64,000 nt of DNA, from contig NC_081333.1 of assembly GCF_022539665.2 (NCBI RefSeq), positions 3,224,001 to 3,288,000 on the forward strand, read 5' to 3'. Below, piece after piece: positions 1-11,170 of the stretch (position 1 is the first letter of the stretch; every line of letters begins with the position of its first letter). Source of the stretch: Daphnia carinata. Taxonomy: Eukaryota. The notes below the pieces were generated by a model. That model had not been told where the DNA came from, did no database searches, and saw only the letters and a list, made by a program, of their open reading frames with translations. The translations under genes were made by a program, and so were the position numbers.

Positions 1-505
1 GTTGCTTGTGGGGGATTGCCTGGTGTATTTGGCATACCTTGAGGGGGCTGGCGAACACATAAGACATTGATGTTACTCAAAGCTTTCGCAATTGTTTAAG
101 AAACTTACAGGAAGAAGTGTCTGAATGTTCTGAGCTGGATCAGCAACTGATGCCAAGTAGACCAGATTACGATGGAGTATCTGTTCGACCCTGTGAGAAC
201 AATGATTAAGATTTAAATAATTCAAATTTAGAAGGAATATAAAATGCTTACTGTAAACACTCATGTGTCTTTCCCCTGGCTTGGTAGTCCTGAATTGTCA
301 TTATATGTTGACTATTTTCATCCAATAGCTAAAAGGAGGGAAAAAGCCGGTAATATGAGGTAACGAATATGGTACGAAATAAAATAACGGCAATTTTGCT
401 CTGCTGCCATTTATGACGTCGTAGTTGTGTAGGGAATAATCTCACCTTTTGGATCTGAGCAGGTGAAGGCGGTGGTCTCCCTCTTTGAGCAAACGTAAGA
501 GACAT
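1..505 (-). CDS. SS18: SS18/SSXT-family protein (SNH domain), 5' exons; gene runs off the window start
   Basis: Spliced exons 505-446, 328-252, 190-109, 47-1 (GT-AG) give MSLTFAQRGRPPPSPAQIQK-LLDENSQHIMTIQDYQARGKTHECLQ-VEQILHRNLVYLASVADPAQNIQTLLP-PPQGMP..., matching the SSXT N-terminal motif (LDEN...QQ.LHRNLVYLA..AD). Confidence 0.9.
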
Positions 506-2110
506 GTTAATTTGATTCTCAACGAGTTCTCTCGACTGTTTACGCTAGCGGAACTGTATGAATTTATTCAAATTCACTGAATGAGCTGTCACGTACAGGC
601 AAGAAAATTGGACGCTATTAATTCCGGGGTTGCCGATCTTTACCCGCTGGTTGTTGGGCTAGGGAAGATGAAAGGCTACGTTTTCAAGTGGGTAGATGGC
701 AGCAATACAAAGTGAATTTAATTTTGTATGCTCAATAATAAGTGGTATTTTAAAAACTTAACGTGAATGCAATAGTAATGTTGTTTAAAATTAGCATAAG
801 ATGACAAAACGAAATGTTATAAAGAAATAAAATCTATTGCTGTTTTCGAAATCTGAAGCCATCTAGTGAAACAAAATTTATAAGGAAGATTAATACCCGC
901 TAGATGGCTTCTTTAGTCACTATAGGAAACAAAGAAGCTTGATCCAGCGTCCATTGCACACGACAAGTTTTTTTCCCGTTCAGGAGCAGCAGCATTTTGT
1001 AGCTTCAAAGCTTCAGTCAACCGCCATTGCGCGTTCGATAAGGTGCGGCCAAAACTTTGTCGCTGCCCGTCTCAATCCTCCGCCAACGTGTCCGGCTCAT
1101 TTCCCGCGCCTGTCCACCTTTCGCGAACTACAAGATTCTTTCTGTACAACTCAGGATAATTTTGGCGTGCATTTTATGCGCGTTAACCAGCAAGAAGGAG
1201 CATTTTGTACGAGTGTGTGAGTTGTGCAGTGTCTTGTGTGCTGCAGCGGCCATTTTCTTTTCCCTTACGAAACTTGATTGAAAAGTGATCATCAACGTCA
1301 TCACTGCATGCATCGTATATATGTGGCGAACAGTCGTCTAGGAAATGCATTGAAGTTAGATCATCCTTTTCCTATAGGCCACGATCTCGTTTGGCAACCT
1401 ATTGCAGAACACAACAAAACAGCAGCGGTCCACAGAGTGGCACAGGCAGTGCGAGTGGAGGCCCTTCCCATTTAGTAGGTTTGTCCCACTTGTCGGGTTC
1501 CCACAAGGACAATACTATGGGTTTATGCAACCCGAACTGGGTTTGAGTTATTTTTTTATGCGCAAGTGTTGCTCTAAATCAGACTTGCTGAAACCTTATT
1601 TTTTTTTTTTTCAAACGAAGGATCACGTTATGCTTTATCATTAGGAATTGTGTTATTTAGAAATTAAATGGGATAACAATAAAGAATTTTTATTAAAAAT
1701 GAAATGTTTTCTGGGTGTCTTCATAGTTCCTTCGTAAGAAATTATACAGCGAAGAAAAACGGATAGTACACTTGGGTAGCAACTAAAAATTCTAAGGGGT
1801 TTGCAGCTTATAGTAGAAACCAAATTAAACACTGCTTTTTTTTTATCGTAGTCATTCCTAGCAAAATATCCCAATAAATTCGTGAAAGTAAATTTTTCTA
1901 GAGTTTGTTTCATTTCGTAAAGTTAAAGAAACAAGCTCGGCTTCTAGAAATGGCTTCGATTTTTTTGACAGCGAGAAGGGTTGTTTAAAAGACGGCACTG
2001 TATCACTGGTAAAGATTACCTCGGAGGTTCCTTTCCGTGCAGGCTCCGCCCTTTGCCACGTTACTCGTCTACCACGTTGTGGACCGCTGCTTAACCACCG
2101 AAACAAAAAC

Positions 2111-2919
2111 ATGACAGACATCAGTGCCAGCAAACGAGAATCGCTGCCTGGTTGGGAACCGGGCTCAGTTGCAACGGCTGCTGCGTTGGCTGCTGTTGCA
2201 GCCGCCTCCTCACCATCCGGCGGACCGTACCCGACTGTCGGCCTTTACTCGAATCAGTCCGGGAGTAGTGGCGGAAGCAACAGTGGAAATGGCGCCCCGC
2301 CACCTCCTCACCTTCCATCACCCTACTCGTCTTTCTCGCAACCGATCCCCTCCTCCTCTGCCTCTTCTTCAGCTCCTTATGCGCAGCCTCAAGGTATATT
2401 GCAATCTCAGTGCACCGCCCCATTATTTGTGTTGTCTAATCTTTTTCCATCCTTTTCCGTCTCCCTTTCGTAATCTTATTACCATATTCCGTTTTTGGCT
2501 CAGACTCGTGTCACGTTGGTCAATGTCCAATTGCGATTTCATGGCTACGTTCACAATATTCGTTTCATTCCTGTTCTTTATGATTGTTTAAAATTAGGTT
2601 TGCCGCAGGGCTATCCTTACCATGCATTGGAGAGCTACCCTGGCCAGCATTTGGGTTATCCATTACCCCATACGTCTCATCATCCTTATCACCATCATCA
2701 AACGCAATCATACCCTGGGTTGCCATCAAGCTCTTTGTCTCCGCAAAATTATCCGCCTCATTCCAGCATGATGGTTCATCCTTATCATCATCATCATCAT
2801 CTCTATTCACCTCAACAACCTGCAACGCCGAACCAATCACCAGGAATGGGATACACGCTGACTGTTCATCCGCAACAACAACAGCAACAACATGGTGAAG
2901 TCCACCACCAGCCCCCACA

Positions 2920-2955
<36 letters not shown>

Positions 2956-5764
2956 AGTAGTTAGTCAATCACAACCTGGATATCCATCGCTGAGTTATCA
3001 ACAAGCACCGGCTGGATCGACCCAGCAGGGTATTAGTATGCCAATATCAACGTACATCCCTCCTGTGCAGACATACGAGCCCCCTTTGGAAAGATCTGAG
3101 AATCCTCCACAAATTCAGCGACCGACGCCGATCCTTGCCGAACGGGAAGTGAATGCAAATTCCGTACACATGGTTCCTCAGACGCCGACTTCAGCGGTGC
3201 CCATATCGTTCCATCTTCAGCAACAGCAGACTTCACCCGCTCCTCCATCTCCCGGTTCTTCGGGCATGATGACACCTGGAGGAGGATCTCATCCAGACTT
3301 GGAACATGATCTCCCGCCAGAGCTGCTCCAACAGGGATGGAGAAAGATGTGGTCCAAACGAGAAAATCGAATTTATTTTTGGAACAAGACCAATGGCGAG
3401 TCACTTTGGGAAATGCCTCCCCTTCGAGCAAACGTGCGATATTGTTTATTATTTTTTTTTTTTTCTTTACTCCTGTTATCTGCGTTATCGGTGGTTTCAT
3501 AAACTATTGATTTTCGTTTAGTACGACCCGGTGTCCGACCCACTTGGTATTCAACAACCAAACCAGCAGCCTCCGGGAGCTATCAAACGGCGTGCATCTG
3601 ATGATGGGATCGGCAGTCCTTTGGCCAAACGCTTTATTCTCTCGTAATTTAAACTTGTACAGTTTTCCATTCATCAGTGTGTCACCGTTTAATCGTCTTA
3701 TAGGGGCCCGTGGGATTTGGAAGTGCCGACCAATGCCGTCGTCTTTGAAAGGAGTCCGTTGAGTTGGCCACACCCCCATCCGGATATCGAGGGCTACCGG
3801 GCAACTTTGGTTGTGAAATTGCGCCAGGCCTATCAAGAAATGTGCCATTCTAGGGAAGGTGTGTATCATGATACAACAAAAACACGTTTATGACAAGTGA
3901 AATAATAAGATTTATTTCTCACACGATAATGTGGTGAAAAATAGCAATCGACGCACCTAGAGATTCGTTTAACCGATGGCTGCTCGAGAGAAAAGTTGTT
4001 GACAGCGGCACCGATCCCCTCTTTCCCGGCCAGTGCCACCCCGAAGTTTCCCTATCGATGTATAAGGAAATTATGAACGATTTGCCCATGAAACTAGAAC
4101 GGCCAAAGTTTACGGGGGATGCGCGAAAACAGTTGTCGAAGTACGCAGAAGCCGCGAAAAAGATGATTGAAACCAGGTATTTCATTTGTTAATATTCCAA
4201 CAAACTGGTGCATCGCAATAGGCTAAATCACATTTTATTACAGGAATGTAAGCTCAGAGAGTCGTAAAATTGTCAAATGGAATGTAGAAGAAACCTTTCA
4301 GTGGTTACGACGAACTGTAGGCGCTACGTATGACGACTTTCAAGAACGGCTGGCGCACCTTAAACGTCAATGTCAGCCGCACCTGACGGAAGCTGCGAAA
4401 TCATCCGTTGAGGGCATCTGCATCAAGATGAATAATCTGTCAGCAGAATACGCAAAAAAGATACGAGATAAGCACAACGAGTTACTCAAGGAGAATGGAC
4501 TTGCCGGTAAATTTACACTTTCCTTTTTCTTAAAATTTTTATTCAAACAGACAGTTGCTTATTTAGTTTGAAAATTTTATCAGATTTGGAACCCAATGTA
4601 AACCTACTCCATCCGCGAAAAGTCTGGTGTTATCCGGTCCTCTTTGCTCTCCCATGTCCTCGATTACCGCCAGTCGAATTCCTTCCCGACAAGGACCAGA
4701 CGTTGCTACGCTACAAAGGTGATGCAGTACGAATTAACAATCTCCATTTTCAGAAACTGGTATGGTTGGATCACTTTTTTTAAGCCACCAACGTAGTAAA
4801 TTTTTTTGTCCTACTTTTTTCATTGTTGGCTCTTTCAGGAGCAACTGTATCGGTACAACTGCTTTGAGGACCGCAAATTTGAGTGGTTTTTGCCGCGAGT
4901 CTGGTGCTTACTCAAGCGCTACCAGTCCTATATGGGGGCACAGACGGGCAACGAAGGCCAGGGCACTCAGGGTGCTCTACCACTGACCGTTTTTGAGGCC
5001 CTTTACAAACACTTTGGCGTCTCTTTCGAGTGCTTCGCCTCGCCGCTCAACTGCTACTTCCGTCAATTTTCCTCCGCTTTTCCCGACACGGATGGCTACT
5101 TTGGTTCCAGAGGGTATGCGCTATTGCGTTCTCTACTCTATCAATAATTTCTTAATTTTCCCCGTGAACCTTGTAGGCCAATTCTCGAGTTTAAGCCGGT
5201 ATCAGGATCTTTTGAGGCCAATCCCCCCTTTTGCGAAGAGTTTATGGATTCGATGGTCACACATTTCGAGAAGCTTTTATCCGACTCCAGCGAACCACTG
5301 TCTTTCATTGTTTTCATACCAGAATGGCGCGAGCCAGCCCCACCTGTTCTCAAAAGACTGGAAGAGTCATCGTGGAAGAGACGTCAGGTTGTTGTGCCCA
5401 CCTTCGAACACGAATACCGACATGGTTATCAACACCTCGTCCCAAAGTAATTATTATCCTGGAATAATGACCCTTCTCTTTCATACAAAGCGTATTTTGT
5501 CTTTGTAGATCCGAAATAAATGTAAGGGCAGCACATGGGACAGTCATCGTCTGGTTACAGAACGAAGCCGGATATCAAAAATGGGGACCGACAGATGAAC
5601 GGGTAGATGCTTTACTGGAAGCTTACCGGCCTGGCCGAGAAAGAGAACGAGACCGGCAAGAGCTTCTAAGTCCTCCAAGACCTAATCAGTCACTTGATGG
5701 GCCTATTGCTAACATGTTAAATGTCAACGGTAGTGCAGCAATAGCTGGTATGAAACCTATTTGA
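2111..5764 (+). CDS. PCIF1: Phosphorylated CTD-interacting factor 1 (mRNA cap m6Am methyltransferase), multi-exon
   Basis: WW domain [36 protein letters not shown]; conserved [28 protein letters not shown]; catalytic FEANPPF (5220-5231); [11 protein letters not shown]; last exon [12 protein letters not shown]...MKPI* ending at TGA 5762-5764; short GT-AG introns. Confidence 0.93.
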
Positions 5765-6191
5765 ACATCAGTTTCTGGCTTAGAGGCTTATCTCTTTTAA
5801 TTCATTTTCTAAATTGATAAACTAATGATTGGCTGAATTTAAATGATAAAAAAAAACACATTATTGATTGAAAATGATTAAGTTTGGTTGATTCAAATGT
5901 ATTGTTTTCTGACTTCCCCGAAATTTGGGTTTTATTTGAAACAAAACAAAGATGTGTGAAGCATACAATGCGTGTGCAATGTTATGGGAGCTTTTCTTTT
6001 TGACCAACACTGTTTTTTTTTTGTTTTTTCTTTCTTTGTATGTTTGTTGTGATTCTTTTGCTGAAAGGATATTTTATAAAGATACAGTTTGAAACAATAA
6101 AATATTTTTGATCAAACAAACTTGCAGTTCTCCCCATCAGTCGCGAGAAAAAAATTTTATCTCCCTCCCCCGAAAGAAAAGATCGAGCTGA

Positions 6192-6300
6192 ACGTGCAGT
6201 TTTATCGATCGAATTCAAATCAAAATTTTATTTGATTGAAATCGATCGAATTCAAATCAAAATTTTATTTGATTTGAATTCGATCGATAAAACTGCACGT
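6192..6300. repeat. Short palindrome with ~33-bp arms and an internal direct duplication
   Basis: acgtgcagttttatcgatcgaattcaaatcaaa ... tttgatttgaattcgatcgataaaactgcacgt; atcgatcgaattcaaatcaaaattttatttgatt occurs twice inside. Confidence 0.85.
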
Positions 6301-6591
6301 CTAGCCACTTATGGCAACCCGTTTTTCCCAAAATAAAAAATAAAAATACGGTCTTTTTTTCTCTTTTACTATGGCATATGGCTATGGCAATCCGTTTTAC
6401 ATAAAAAAATTTAAAAAAAATGGCGGAAAAAAAAAAAATCGCACTTTTTTCTCTTTTTTCTACCCGTAGCCATCTATCAGTCGGTTTCGTTATTACAGGC
6501 ATGTAAGCAATTTGAGTTAATTGTATCCCATTAGCAGTTAATTGAGTAGCGTGGCTGGAGAACAACGCGTGGCTGGAGGAACAATTGAAAA

Positions 6592-7600
6592 ATGGATAAG
6601 ATAATAAAACAAAAAAATGGTAAGTATAAACATTATTATATTGGTTTTCAATTATTAATTATTGTTTATTAGATCAAATTATGAAGCTGCAGGCCCAGTT
6701 ATTGGAACAACACAAAATATTAGATAACAAAGCTAAGGATCGTAGGCCTAACACGTAATGATTCTATTTATTTGCTTTTATTCATTCGTGTTTTGTAGCT
6801 CAAATTTTGAGTCTACAAGCTCAGCTAGGGGAAAAGAACAAATTGGAATGAAACAGTTTCCAAACAGTGAAGGAGGTTTTTCCAAACTCATGCCTAACTG
6901 AACATGAGGATGAATTGGCATTAGGTGAAGTAGTTAGGTACCTAAACTTTTCAAATAAGAATTCAAAATAAGTATAGAATTTTAACAAACAATTATTTAT
7001 TGTTTAGTTATTCAGTCTACCACCTGATAGTGTGTTAAATTTAAATTCTGTTAGTGCTGCACTAAAAGAATCGTTAGTAATAAGCTCATGCAGTGAAGGA
7101 ACTGAACAATTGTGGGACCGTATTTGGGCCGAAAATGGGTGTGGTACAGAAACCCAGAAATGGCACAAGTTCAACATGAAACATAGATTAGTTACTTTTT
7201 GGTTTTTTGTCTATCGAAAAAGTATTTTTAATGCTATTATTTTGCATTCACAGATTTTAACGGGGGATCAAATCAAGTCTGGAAGTGTTACAGGATGGAA
7301 GAGTGAGCCTACAGATGAAAAAACACTGAGAGTGCATTACCGTAAGGTGTGAGGTAAATTAATAGAGTAATGCAAATTGCCTAATGAGAAGTACCATCTT
7401 GTGTTAATGAATCCAGTACAACAGCAATCCTTTATAGTTCTGTCACAGCTAGAAGCCTCAAATAATTCTGCTTCTCTGTCTAAAGAACAACTTGTCCTTT
7501 ACGTTCAGACTGTTGGGGAAACTGGGTACTTAAATGGCCCTAAAGATGTTTTAATTTTGCTGCTATTGCAGAGATGAACATCATACATGGACTCTTTAGG
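6592..7600 (+). pseudogene. Spliced coiled-coil gene remnant in left arm of palindrome 1 (3' end approximate)
   Basis: ATG GAT AAG..AAT G|gtaagt, ~50-nt introns, exons MDKIIKQKN-DQIMKLQAQLLEQHKILDNKAKD-xQILSLQAQLGEKNKLE*...; premature TGA near 6848. Confidence 0.6.
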
Positions 7601-8065
7601 TATGAAAGGATTTTTCTTCAAATAATTTTGAATTTATGACGAAGAATTTCTCCTCCTTTTTGCCAACCAGGTCTTATCTACCAAAAAAAAATTTAACCAA
7701 TAGGAAAGGATTTTCATGTACTGGGAACACAACTATCAACAACGCAACATTCTACAGGTGCTAGTTTATCATTCAAGAGCCTTATACAATGAAGTTAATC
7801 TGCAATTTGTATGTCCTTTCCCAAGCTTCCACCAGAAGTTGAATCTATGAGTCATGTAAGTTCCATGATCAACAATTGATGTGTTTAATGGTGTTGTTTT
7901 TCTTTTCTCAATATAGGTTAATAGTAAAATTGGATCTGAAAAGATTCTTGGTTGGGGCAAGACACTGAATAAATTGTATTGATTGGATGGATGACATGAC
8001 ATTGCTATACTTAATTCGGATTCCCCAGACGGTATTTGATATTAAAAAAATTGAAGTGCATATCT

Positions 8066-8408
8066 GGGCTCCCTTCTTTTCTGAAGCCCCGTTTCCCCTT
8101 GACTCATAATAAGCCCGTAGGGGGTCATGCCCCTACTGTACGGTATATATAAAAACAACATATACCGAGGTTTGGAGGGCTCTGGCCGGAAAGGGGACGT
8201 GGGGTGCCGCTTAGTCCGATGATGTGTTCACGGAGGGTGACGTGGCTGCCCACAAATCCGAACTAAAGGTTAATCGCTCCTGTAAAAATGTTCCAAATCT
8301 TCAGCTCTTCTTCCGGCTTCTCTTAGCCAATCACCGGGTAATCTCCCCGGTGGGTCAACAAGGCAGTGTCTCCCCCTGCCTGGGTTGACGGCAACTTTTG
8401 AAAGGGCT
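8066..8408 (-). ncRNA. Candidate structured RNA of unknown class (left arm, copy 1)
   Basis: Reverse complement of 9352-9694; multiple hairpins and long-range stems. Confidence 0.45.
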
Positions 8409-8674
8409 ATTGTGCCTTTTTAAAGTTGCAAAAATAATTGTTATGTGCAGAGAATTGTCAATAAAATTTTTTTTATAAAATGTTTTTTGCAAAATTTTTT
8501 TCTTTCATTGTCTGTGTTCGCTTTGTTCACACATTACATTTATCAACTTTTTTTTTATTTAGCTTGCTCATTTCATCTTTATTGTTTATGCCACCTTTGT
8601 TCTTTATCAGCATTGTTTACTATTTATTACACTAATACATGGATATTATCTGTATTTTGTACTTGTACATTGTT

Positions 8675-8742
8675 TTATTCAGGGATCGATCCCCAGACAT
8701 TCAGCGTGCAACGCCGATGCTCTAACAATGAGCCACGAGATA
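8675..8742 (-). other. tRNA-like unit (TGC at anticodon position), degenerate
   Basis: rc: TGGCTCATTGTTAGAGC (A box/D arm), TCGGC-GTTGCAC-GCTGA anticodon arm, GGATCGATCC (B-box-like). Confidence 0.6.
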
Positions 8743-9021
8743 TATCTAAATTTTTTATCATCGCATATCATATGTTATCGTCTAGCATGTTTATGCACTT
8801 TGAATAAAACTGAAATGTTTATCTATTTTTTTCTTCATTTAGATATAGATCTTTAAACATCTCACTGCGATAACTGAACCCAGGGTTCAAACCGCAGCTG
8901 AATGCTTAAAGATCTATATCTAAATGAAGAAAAAAAATTGATAAACATATAGTTTTATTCAAAGTGAAAGATGCATAAACATCCTAGACGATAACATAAT
9001 ATGCGATAATAATAAATTAAA

Positions 9022-9088
9022 TGATTCATAGCTCAATGTTAGAGCATCGGCGTTGCACGAAATGTCTGGGTTCGATTCCCATGAGTAA
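9022..9088 (+). other. tRNA-like unit, degenerate (pseudo-tRNA or SINE head)
   Basis: TGATTCA TA GCTC AATGTTA GAGC A TCGGC GTTGCAC ... TGGG TTCGATT CCCA TGAGTAA: acceptor stem 6/7 paired, canonical A and B boxes, anticodon arm partly deleted. Confidence 0.65.
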
Positions 9089-9351
9089 AACAATGTACAA
9101 GTACAAAAATACAGATAATATCGATAAAATAAATAGAAACAATACTTACAGATAAACGATACAACGGTGGCAAAAACAATAAAGATGAATTGAGCAAGCT
9201 AATAAAAAAAAAGTTGATAAATGTAATGTGTGAACAAAGCGAACACAGACAATGAAAGAAAAAATTTTTGCAAAAAACATTTTATAAAAAAAATTTTATT
9301 GACAATTCTCTGCACATAACAATTATTTTTGCAACTTTAAAAAGGCACAAT

Positions 9352-9694
9352 AGCCCTTTCAAAAGTTGCCGTCAACCCAGGCAGGGGGAGACACTGCCTT
9401 GTTGACCCACCGGGGAGATTACCCGGTGATTGGCTAAGAGAAGCCGGAAGAAGAGCTGAAGATTTGGAACATTTTTACAGGAGCGATTAACCTTTAGTTC
9501 GGATTTGTGGGCAGCCACGTCACCCTCCGTGAACACATCATCGGACTAAGCGGCACCCCACGTCCCCTTTCCGGCCAGAGCCCTCCAAACCTCGGTATAT
9601 GTTGTTTTTATATATACCGTACAGTAGGAGCATGACCCCCTACGGGCTTATTATGAGTCAAGGGGAAACGGGGCTTCAGAAAAGAAGGGAGCCC
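9352..9694 (+). ncRNA. Candidate structured RNA of unknown class (right arm, copy 1)
   Basis: GC-rich island in AT-rich context; stems gtcaac/gttgac, aggcag/ctgcct, caccggg/cccggtg, gccggaa/ttccggc, ttagttcgg/tcggactaa, cggtatat/atataccg, gtagg/cctac, gggcttc/ggagccc; G-U pairs favour this strand. Confidence 0.5.
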
Positions 9695-10159
9695 AGATAT
9701 GCACTTCAATTTTTTTAATATCAAATACCGTCTGGGGAATCCGAATTAAGTATAGCAATGTCATGTCATCCATCCAATCAATACAATTTATTCAGTGTCT
9801 TGCCCCAACCAAGAATCTTTTCAGATCCAATTTTACTATTAACCTATATTGAGAAAAGAAAAACAACACCATTAAACACATCAATTGTTGATCATGGAAC
9901 TTACATGACTCATAGATTCAACTTCTGGTGGAAGCTTGGGAAAGGACATACAAATTGCAGATTAACTTCATTGTATAAGGCTCTTGAATGATAAACTAGC
10001 ACCTGTAGAATGTTGCGTTGTTGATAGTTGTGTTCCCAGTACATGAAAATCCTTTCCTATTGGTTAAATTTTTTTTTGGTAGATAAGACCTGGTTGGCAA
10101 AAAGGAGGAGAAATTCTTCGTCATAAATTCAAAATTATTTGAAGAAAAATCCTTTCATA

Positions 10160-11170
10160 CCTAAAGAGTCCATGTATGATGTTCATCTCTGCAATAGCAG
10201 CAAAATTAAAACATCTTTAGGGCCATTTAAGTACCCAGTTTCCCCAACAGTCTGAACGTAAAGGACAAGTTGTTCTTTAGACAGAGAAGCAGAATTATTT
10301 GAGGCTTCTAGCTGTGACAGAACTATAAAGGATTGCTGTTGTACTGGATTCATTAACACAAGATGGTACTTCTCATTAGGCAATTTGCATTACTCTATTA
10401 ATTTACCTCACACCTTACGGTAATGCACTCTCAATGTTTTTTCATCTGTAGGCTCACTCTTCCATCCTGTAACACTTCCAGACTTGATTTGATCCCCCAC
10501 TAAAATTCTGTGAATGCAAAATAATAGCATTAAAAATACTTTTTCGATAGACAAAAAACCGAAAAGTAACTAATCTATGTTTCATGTTGAACTTGTGCCA
10601 TTTCTGGGTTTCTGTACCACACCCATTTTCGGCCCAAATACGGTCCCACAATTGTTCAGTTCCTTCACTGCATGAGCTTATTACTAACGATTCTTTTAGT
10701 GCAGCACTAACAGAATTTAAATTTAACACACTATCAGGTGGTAGACTGAATAACTAAACAATAAATAATTGTTTGTTAAAATTCTATACTTATTTTGAAT
10801 ACTTATTTGAAAAGTTTAGGTACCTAACTGTGTTCACCTAATGCCAACTTCATCCTCATGTTCAGTTAGAGATGAGTTTTGAAAAACCTCCTTCACTGTT
10901 TGGAAACTGTTTCATTCCAATTTGTTCTTTCCCCTAGCTGAGCTTGAAGACTCAAAATTTGAGCTACAAAACACAAATGAATAAAAGCAAATAAATAGAA
11001 TCATTACGTGATAGGCCTACGATCATTAGCTTTGTTATCTAATATTTTGTGTTGTTCCAATAACTGGGCCTGCAGCTTCATAATTTGATCTAATAAACAA
11101 TAATTAATAATTGAAAACCAATATAATAATGTTTATACTTACCATTTTTTTGTTTTATTATCTTATCCAT
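10160..11170 (-). pseudogene. Spliced coiled-coil gene remnant in right arm of palindrome 1 (3' end approximate)
   Basis: Mirror image of 6592-7600, with the same premature stop. Confidence 0.55.

Noticed and set aside
939..1913. Short ORFs between SS18 and PCIF1
   Set aside because: No homology-like features; more likely PCIF1 5' UTR exons and introns
7769..8002. 77-aa ORF MSCHPSNQ... as a real gene
   Set aside because: Interrupted or frameshifted in the copy 2 arms and has no recognisable motif
9022..9088. Functional tRNA-Ala genes
   Set aside because: Each copy has a broken anticodon arm, T arm or acceptor stem, so they are treated as tRNA-like only
9352..9694. Structured block as a group I intron, RNase P/MRP, telomerase RNA or hammerhead ribozyme
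   Set aside because: The GACTAA partner lies upstream, unlike P7; there is no GGAA/GAAAG CR-I motif; only a 6-nt TAACCT match to a TTAGG template; no CUGAUGA/GAAA core. Left unassigned pending an Rfam search
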